Shown in pieces: positions 47,870-52,341 of a stretch of DNA of 52,341 bases. The notes under the pieces were generated by a model. The model was given only the letters and a program-made list of their open reading frames with translations. It had not been told where the DNA came from and ran no database searches. How positions within the stretch are numbered: position 1 is the first letter of the stretch; every line of letters begins with the position of its first letter. The DNA is from an uncultured Christensenella sp. (lineage in GTDB: Bacteria > Bacillota > Clostridia > Christensenellales > UBA3700): assembly GCA_910584035.1 (NCBI GenBank), contig CAJTZR010000002.1, positions 1-52,341 on the forward strand. Direction: 5' to 3'. A program made the position numbers and the translations under genes.

Positions 47870-48051
47870 GTTTTTTGTTTGTGGTTACTTAGGTAAGTAG
47901 TTGCGTTTTGTTTAATATGCACTTTTAATAATTTTTTAACGCCTTATATGTTTGGTAATTAAATTGTTTTGTTTATGGGGACTTAGGGAAGCAATTGCAT
48001 TCTGTTTAATATAGCACATTGTAAATTTTTTAGGTGGAGCTTTATATATTT
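47870..48051 (+). repeat. Tandem pair of diverged ~85-90-bp repeats
   Basis: 47870-47953 and 47962-48051 align by hand over shared blocks: TTTTGTTT[GA]TGG, ACTTAGG[TG]AAG, TTGC[GA]TT, TGTTTAATAT, GCAC, AATTTTTTA and TTATAT. Confidence 0.5.
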
Positions 48052-48106
48052 AAGTTAATAAATTTAAATTGAATTGTTTTTTGCTTGACAAAATATGGCA
48101 AATAAT

Positions 48107-48135
48107 GTTAGTATACTAACAGTTAGTTTGCTAAC
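48107..48135. promoter_or_regulatory. Two adjacent GTTAG-N4-CTAAC palindromes (operator candidate)
   Basis: GTTAGTATACTAAC (48107-48120) is a perfect 14-bp palindrome and GTTAGTTTGCTAAC (48122-48135) follows. They lie just downstream of TTGACA (48085-48090) and 22 nt upstream of the small ORF's ATG. Confidence 0.5.
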
Positions 48136-48156
48136 ATTTATTAGAGGTAGTTTTTT

Positions 48157-48321
48157 ATGTTGCTTGAAATAATATATACAATAGTAAGTATAAATGGCGA
48201 TTACGCTTATTGTATGAGCGAACAAGGCAGTTACACAAATATAGCCTTGGCACTCTTACCAGACGATATTGATGAGGGCGATAAAGTAAAATTCAGCAAC
48301 TTTTCATACGAAAAAATTTAA
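48157..48321 (+). CDS. DUF3006-like small protein (54 aa)
   Basis: Below the ORF-track cutoff. AGAGG SD (48143-48147) and ATG 48157. It translates to MLLEIIYTIVSINGDYAYCMSEQGSYTNIALALLPDDIDEGDKVKFSNFSYEKI*. The pattern (...GDYA......G......LLP..I.EGD.V) resembles DUF3006. Confidence 0.45.
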   Translation: MLLEIIYTIVSINGDYAYCMSEQGSYTNIALALLPDDIDEGDKVKFSNFSYEKI

Positions 48322-48584
48322 TTGTTAGTAAGTATTTTGTGGTTTTCGAGGAAAAAATACAAATAAATATCAAAAAATGTGCTTTTAACGTCCTAAATAT
48401 ATAACATTTTGTGTATAATAAATAGAAAAGGCATAAATTTGTAAAAAAATATGGCAAAAAATTCCATTTTATGTTAAAATAGAATTTGTATAATAAAAAA
48501 TATAAAAACACGATATGTTTTGTGTTTTGATAGTAATAAGCGTTTATCAAAAGAAATCGGCTTTTTGCTTTATGGAGGTAAACA

Positions 48585-50795
48585 TTGAACAAAAAAACTG
48601 GTAAAATATTAAAGTATGTTTTAATAATTGCACTTGTTGTTACAATAATTATTTTATTAGCGTCTTACTTATCTGATATGAACAAACCAGATAAGATTAA
48701 TTATAACGATTTAAGTAATGAAATTGTAAGCGGTAAGATTGCGGAATTATATCACGTTGGAACAAATAATATTAGGATTTTGTATGTAGGTTCAAAAATT
48801 GATTCTGCAAAATTCCCAAAACAATATGATGCGGTATGTTATAGTACTGGCAGAACTGCGTTTTTCGCTTTAGGCGAACAAATAAAAGGGTTAAAGAACT
48901 ATATTGCTAGTTTGAAACAGCAAAACCCAGGTATTACTGATGCTGACATTAAAGCAAATTTGCTTTCTCACGAGGAATATTCAAAATTAATTCCTAGTGG
49001 TGGTGCTACTTTTGATGTTGAAAAATTTATGAATTTAAACATCAAGTTTGATGGTGACGATTTAAATGGTGATTCAAGTTGGGTATCAATGATATTCCCA
49101 ATAGTTGCAACTATTGTAATGGGTGTATTGTTGTTTATAATGTTCCGTCAAATGGCTGGCTCTAACGGCAAAGCTATGAATTTTGGTAAAAACAAGGCAA
49201 AATTACAATCTAATATCAAAGTTAGATTTAGCGATGTTGCTGGTGCAGAAGAGGAAAAAGAGGAACTTAAGGAAGTTGTGGAATTCTTGAAAAACCCTAA
49301 AAAGTTTAGCGAGCTTGGTGCAAGGATACCAAAAGGCGTATTGCTTGTAGGACCTCCAGGAACGGGTAAAACTCTATTCGCAAAAGCTGTTGCGGGCGAG
49401 GCTGGTGTTCCATTCTTTAGTATGTCAGGTTCCGACTTTGTAGAAATGTTTGTTGGTACGGGTGCTGCGAGAGTTCGTGACTTGTTCTCTGAGGCAGAGA
49501 AGAATATGCCTTGTATAGTATTTATTGATGAGATTGATGCTGTAGGTAGACAAAGAGGTGCTGGACTTGGCGGTGGTAATGACGAGAGAGAGCAAACACT
49601 TAACCAATTATTGGTACAAATGGATGGTTTTGAGAAAAATGAGGGCATAATCATTATGGCGGCTACAAACCGTGCAGACGTACTTGACCCAGCATTATTA
49701 AGACCAGGCAGATTTGATAGACAAATTTATGTAAATATCCCAGATGTTAAAGGCAGAGAGGAAATCTTTAAAGTTCACAGCCGTAACAAACCACTTGCTC
49801 CAGATGTAAGCTTTAAAGTTTTGGCAAGAATGACTAGCGGTTTTAGCGGTGCAGATATTGAAAATCTTTTAAATGAGGCAGCAATTTTAGCCGCAAGAGC
49901 TAATAGACGAGTAATCATAATGGAAGATATACTCGAAGGTATCAACAAAGTTATTGCTGGACCTCAAAAGAAATCTAGAACAATCACTGAAACAGATAAA
50001 AGAATCACCGCTTATCACGAGGCTGGACACGCAATTATTGCAAGGATATTACCAGGCTGTGACGAGGTTCAAGAGGTTAGTATCGTACCACGTGGTATGG
50101 CAGCGGGTTATACTTTGACAAGACCAGTTAATGACGATAGTCACGTTACTAAAAACAAGCTTAACGACAATATTTGTATGATGCTTGGTGGTAGAGCGGC
50201 GGAAAAAATTGTTATTCACGATATCTCAACTGGTGCATCAAATGATATTGAACGTGCAAGTGGTATCGCAAGGAAAATGGTTACCGAGTGGGGTATGAGC
50301 GATAAGCTTGGTAATATGTTCCTTGGCGGTTCGGGAGAAGTTTTCCTTGGTAGAGATTACTCTCAACACACCGCATATAGTGAGGCAATTGCGGGACAAA
50401 TCGATGACGAAGTAAAAACTATCATTGACGAAAATTATCAAAGAGCGTTAAAAATTTTGCAAGATAATAGAACAATACTTGACAATATGGTTAAAGTATT
50501 GTATGAAAAAAATACTATCTATACTGAAGAGGTTGATATGTTGTTTGACGGCAAATCAGCTGAGGAAATTATAAAGAGTATTGAGGAAAAAATGGCAAAA
50601 CGTGAGGAGTATAAAAAGGTAGAACAAACTACAGAAATTGCTCCAGTTCAAGTAAAAGCGGATAGTGAAATTAAAGCTGACAACAACGAACTAAATAAAG
50701 CAGATATTCCTCAAACAAATGCTGAAAATGAAAGCGTAAAAGCTTCAGAGAACGAACAAGCAACAAAAGAACAAGATTCTGTCAAAGAGGACTAA
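48585..50795 (+). CDS. ftsH: ATP-dependent zinc metalloprotease FtsH
   Basis: 736 aa with 2 TM helices, Walker A GPPGTGKT, Walker [13 protein letters not shown], and the HEAGH zinc motif. TTG start with a GGAGGT SD 7 nt upstream. Confidence 0.96.
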   Translation: MNKKTGKILKYVLIIALVVTIIILLASYLSDMNKPDKINYNDLSNEIVSGKIAELYHVGTNNIRILYVGSKIDSAKFPKQYDAVCYSTGRTAFFALGEQIKGLKNYIASLKQQNPGITDADIKANLLSHEEYSKLIPSGGATFDVEKFMNLNIKFDGDDLNGDSSWVSMIFPIVATIVMGVLLFIMFRQMAGSNGKAMNFGKNKAKLQSNIKVRFSDVAGAEEEKEELKEVVEFLKNPKKFSELGARIPKGVLLVGPPGTGKTLFAKAVAGEAGVPFFSMSGSDFVEMFVGTGAARVRDLFSEAEKNMPCIVFIDEIDAVGRQRGAGLGGGNDEREQTLNQLLVQMDGFEKNEGIIIMAATNRADVLDPALLRPGRFDRQIYVNIPDVKGREEIFKVHSRNKPLAPDVSFKVLARMTSGFSGADIENLLNEAAILAARANRRVIIMEDILEGINKVIAGPQKKSRTITETDKRITAYHEAGHAIIARILPGCDEVQEVSIVPRGMAAGYTLTRPVNDDSHVTKNKLNDNICMMLGGRAAEKIVIHDISTGASNDIERASGIARKMVTEWGMSDKLGNMFLGGSGEVFLGRDYSQHTAYSEAIAGQIDDEVKTIIDENYQRALKILQDNRTILDNMVKVLYEKNTIYTEEVDMLFDGKSAEEIIKSIEEKMAKREEYKKVEQTTEIAPVQVKADSEIKADNNELNKADIPQTNAENESVKASENEQATKEQDSVKED

Positions 50796-50852
50796 AAGCC
50801 CGCAAAATCGACAGCGACAAATAAGATTTAAAAATAAAATATAACAAATCAA

Positions 50853-50890
50853 AACAACCGACAAAATTTTGTCGGTTGTTTGCTTCTTTT
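50853..50890 (+). terminator. Intrinsic terminator after ftsH
   Basis: AACAACCGACAAAA pairs with TTTTGTCGGTTGTT (long perfect inverted repeat), followed by a T-rich tail. Confidence 0.75.
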
Positions 50891-51153
50891 AATAATAATA
50901 TTTAATATCAAATGTTTTGTTGGGTGGAACAAAGGGGTACAAACTACACTTAAGCTAATATAGGTTAAATTAAGAAAGCTTAATTTGCCAATAGACTACA
51001 TTTAAATTGTTTCAGCATTGTGGTAATTGAGGGTATAAGGTATGGTTAATAATGTATTAAAAAATTTTGAGGAAAAACCTAGTAAAAATTACTTGATTTT
51101 ATATCCTTATTATAGTAAAATAAACTTAAGCTAATGGGTGGAGGTTAACTCAT

Positions 51154-51831
51154 ATGAAAATGGTATATAAAGGCAAAACAAAAGATGTTTATGCAGCAGA
51201 AAATGGTAATTACGTTTTAAAATTTAAAGACGATGCTACTGGCGAGAATGGTGTATTTGACCCAGGTGCAAATACTGTAGGTGTAACTATTGAAGGTCTA
51301 GGAATGGACGCATTAAAACTTACAACTTATTTTTATACAATGCTAGCTGAAATGGGTGTTGAAAATCACTTTGTTAGCTCTGATTTGAAAGAAGGTACTA
51401 TGGAAGTTAAACCAGCAGTTAAATTTGGTAAAGGTTTAGAGGTTATTTGCCGTCTTAAAGCAGTTGGTTCTTTCTTTAGAAGATATGGCGACTATTGCAA
51501 AAATGGTCAAGATTTAGATTATTTTGTTGAGGTTACTTTGAAAGATGACGACAGATGTGACCCGCCTATAACAAAAGACGCTCTAGATATGTTAAACATT
51601 TTAACAAAAGAGCAATACGAAGTACTAAAAGCTGATACAATCAAAATCACTAAGATTGTACAAGATGTTTTAGCTAAGAAAGGTGCTACATTATACGATA
51701 TTAAATTTGAGTTTGGTATTGTTAATGGCAAAGTTATCCTAATTGACGAAATTAGCGGTGGCAATATGAGAGCAATGAAAGACGGCAAATTCTTAGAGCC
51801 ACTTGAGTACGCTCCACTAATCTTAGGTTAA
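51154..51831 (+). CDS. purC: Phosphoribosylaminoimidazole-succinocarboxamide synthase (SAICAR synthetase)
   Basis: 225 aa with VYKGKTKDVY, KDDATGENG and LIDEISGGNMR motifs. GGAGG SD. Confidence 0.85.
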   Translation: MKMVYKGKTKDVYAAENGNYVLKFKDDATGENGVFDPGANTVGVTIEGLGMDALKLTTYFYTMLAEMGVENHFVSSDLKEGTMEVKPAVKFGKGLEVICRLKAVGSFFRRYGDYCKNGQDLDYFVEVTLKDDDRCDPPITKDALDMLNILTKEQYEVLKADTIKITKIVQDVLAKKGATLYDIKFEFGIVNGKVILIDEISGGNMRAMKDGKFLEPLEYAPLILG

Positions 51832-51863
51832 TTAAATAAAAAATTACAACTATAAAGTTTCAC

Positions 51864-51898
51864 AAAAAACCACTGCAAAACGGTGGTTTTTGTTTTTT
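51864..51898 (+). terminator. Intrinsic terminator after purC
   Basis: AAAACCACTG pairs with CGGTGGTTTT (one mismatch), followed by TGTTTTTT. Confidence 0.7.
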
Positions 51899-51964
51899 CA
51901 CAAAATAACCACTATCAATGTTGGTGTAGAAACAAGCTAAAGCTATAATGATTGAAAATATAGC

Positions 51965-52021
51965 CCCTTCTTGATATAATAAAAATGGTTCCAGCTGATT
52001 CATAAAAAATATCAAGGAGGG
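51965..52021 (+). other. 13-bp stem hairpin sequestering an SD-like AAGGAGGG
   Basis: CCCTTCTTGATAT (51965-51977) pairs with ATATCAAGGAGGG (52009-52021) with one G-U pair and a 31-nt loop. No start codon follows at SD distance. Confidence 0.4.
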
Positions 52022-52300
52022 TTACTTTATTAAAATACCCCCGATTTTTGACAGCTTTTTCTCATATTTTTAATGTTTTTGCTTGTATTAGTTGTTAAAA
52101 ATAACTATTTACTTTATCTTTCATATATAACTTTAACAAGTTAATCTTAGTTAGTTAATATAATATTTTCTTTAAAAAATTCACCTAATATATATTTTAC
52201 TTAGGCTTTAGAATAAATATTTTTTTGTCGCAATATGTATAAAATTGTTGCAACAATTTACTCAAATATGGTAAAATATGGTATATTTTTAAGGGGATAA

Positions 52301-52341
52301 ATGCACATAGCATTAATTTGTAAAATGGTTAAAAAGGCAAA
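52301..52341 (+). CDS. Possible 5' end of an unidentified CDS running off the window
   Basis: TTGCAA-17 nt-TGgTAAAAT promoter-like sequence (about 52244-52277), then AAGGGGA (52291-52297) and ATG 52301 (MHIALICKMVKKA...). Too short to identify. Confidence 0.2.
   Translation, partial: MHIALICKMVKKA

Noticed and set aside
47585-48051. Possible CRISPR array
   Set aside because: The repeats are short (8-20 nt) or strongly diverged, spacing is irregular, and there are no cas genes or a leader-repeat-spacer architecture.
1-52341. Mobile elements, prophage, defence islands, rRNA or tRNA genes
   Set aside because: No transposase, integrase, recombinase, restriction, Cas, toxin-antitoxin or phage-like ORFs are present. 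No GC-rich 70-120-nt or kb-scale blocks of the kind stable RNA genes produce in AT-rich genomes were seen.

Overview
AT-rich (about 30% GC by eye, not computed) chromosomal window from a low-GC Gram-positive (Bacillota-like) bacterium. It uses the standard code: TGA is a stop in plsY and the 76-aa and 163-aa genes, and all conserved genes read through intact. The window is the replication-origin neighbourhood, but rearranged. Gene order is rpmH-rnpA-(DUF3781)-yidD-yidC-jag-mnmE-mnmG-rsmG-parB on +, then methyltransferase-dnaN-dnaA on -, recF (+), yyaC (-) and cvpA/SDR/rplI/upp (+). Next come a 3-gene alpha-galactoside operon (-), gyrB-gyrA (+), pheA, and a plsY + 1405-aa membrane-anchored giant protein operon (-). 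The rest is lepB, DUF951, a 553-aa hydrolase-fold protein, a YcxB-like protein, a PflX-type radical-SAM enzyme, a DUF3006-like peptide + ftsH, and purC. I saw no rRNA, tRNA, CRISPR, transposase or integrase. By my own tally only about three quarters of the window is coding. Conserved operons are interrupted by 0.3-1.75 kb extremely AT-rich spacers that carry several repeat families and orphan hairpins. The main observations are listed here. (1) dnaA-dnaN is inverted and the dnaA/recF block sits between parB and yyaC, bracketed by direct copies of a recurrent intergenic 16-mer, TCAAAAATCGGTAYTA (4 strong and 4 weak copies). (2) Promoter geometry predicts leaderless dnaA, recF and YcxB-like mRNAs. 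(3) A 21-nt alternating purine-pyrimidine GC-rich palindrome (Z-DNA or cruciform candidate) lies in the gyrBA leader. (4) Two tandem ~115-nt structured elements lie downstream of upp, with a compensatory change in a 16-bp palindrome. (5) A GPH sugar transporter is fused to a ~385-aa coiled-coil tail. (6) The giant protein is translationally coupled to plsY. All functional calls rest on my recognition of translated sequence motifs; no database search was possible.
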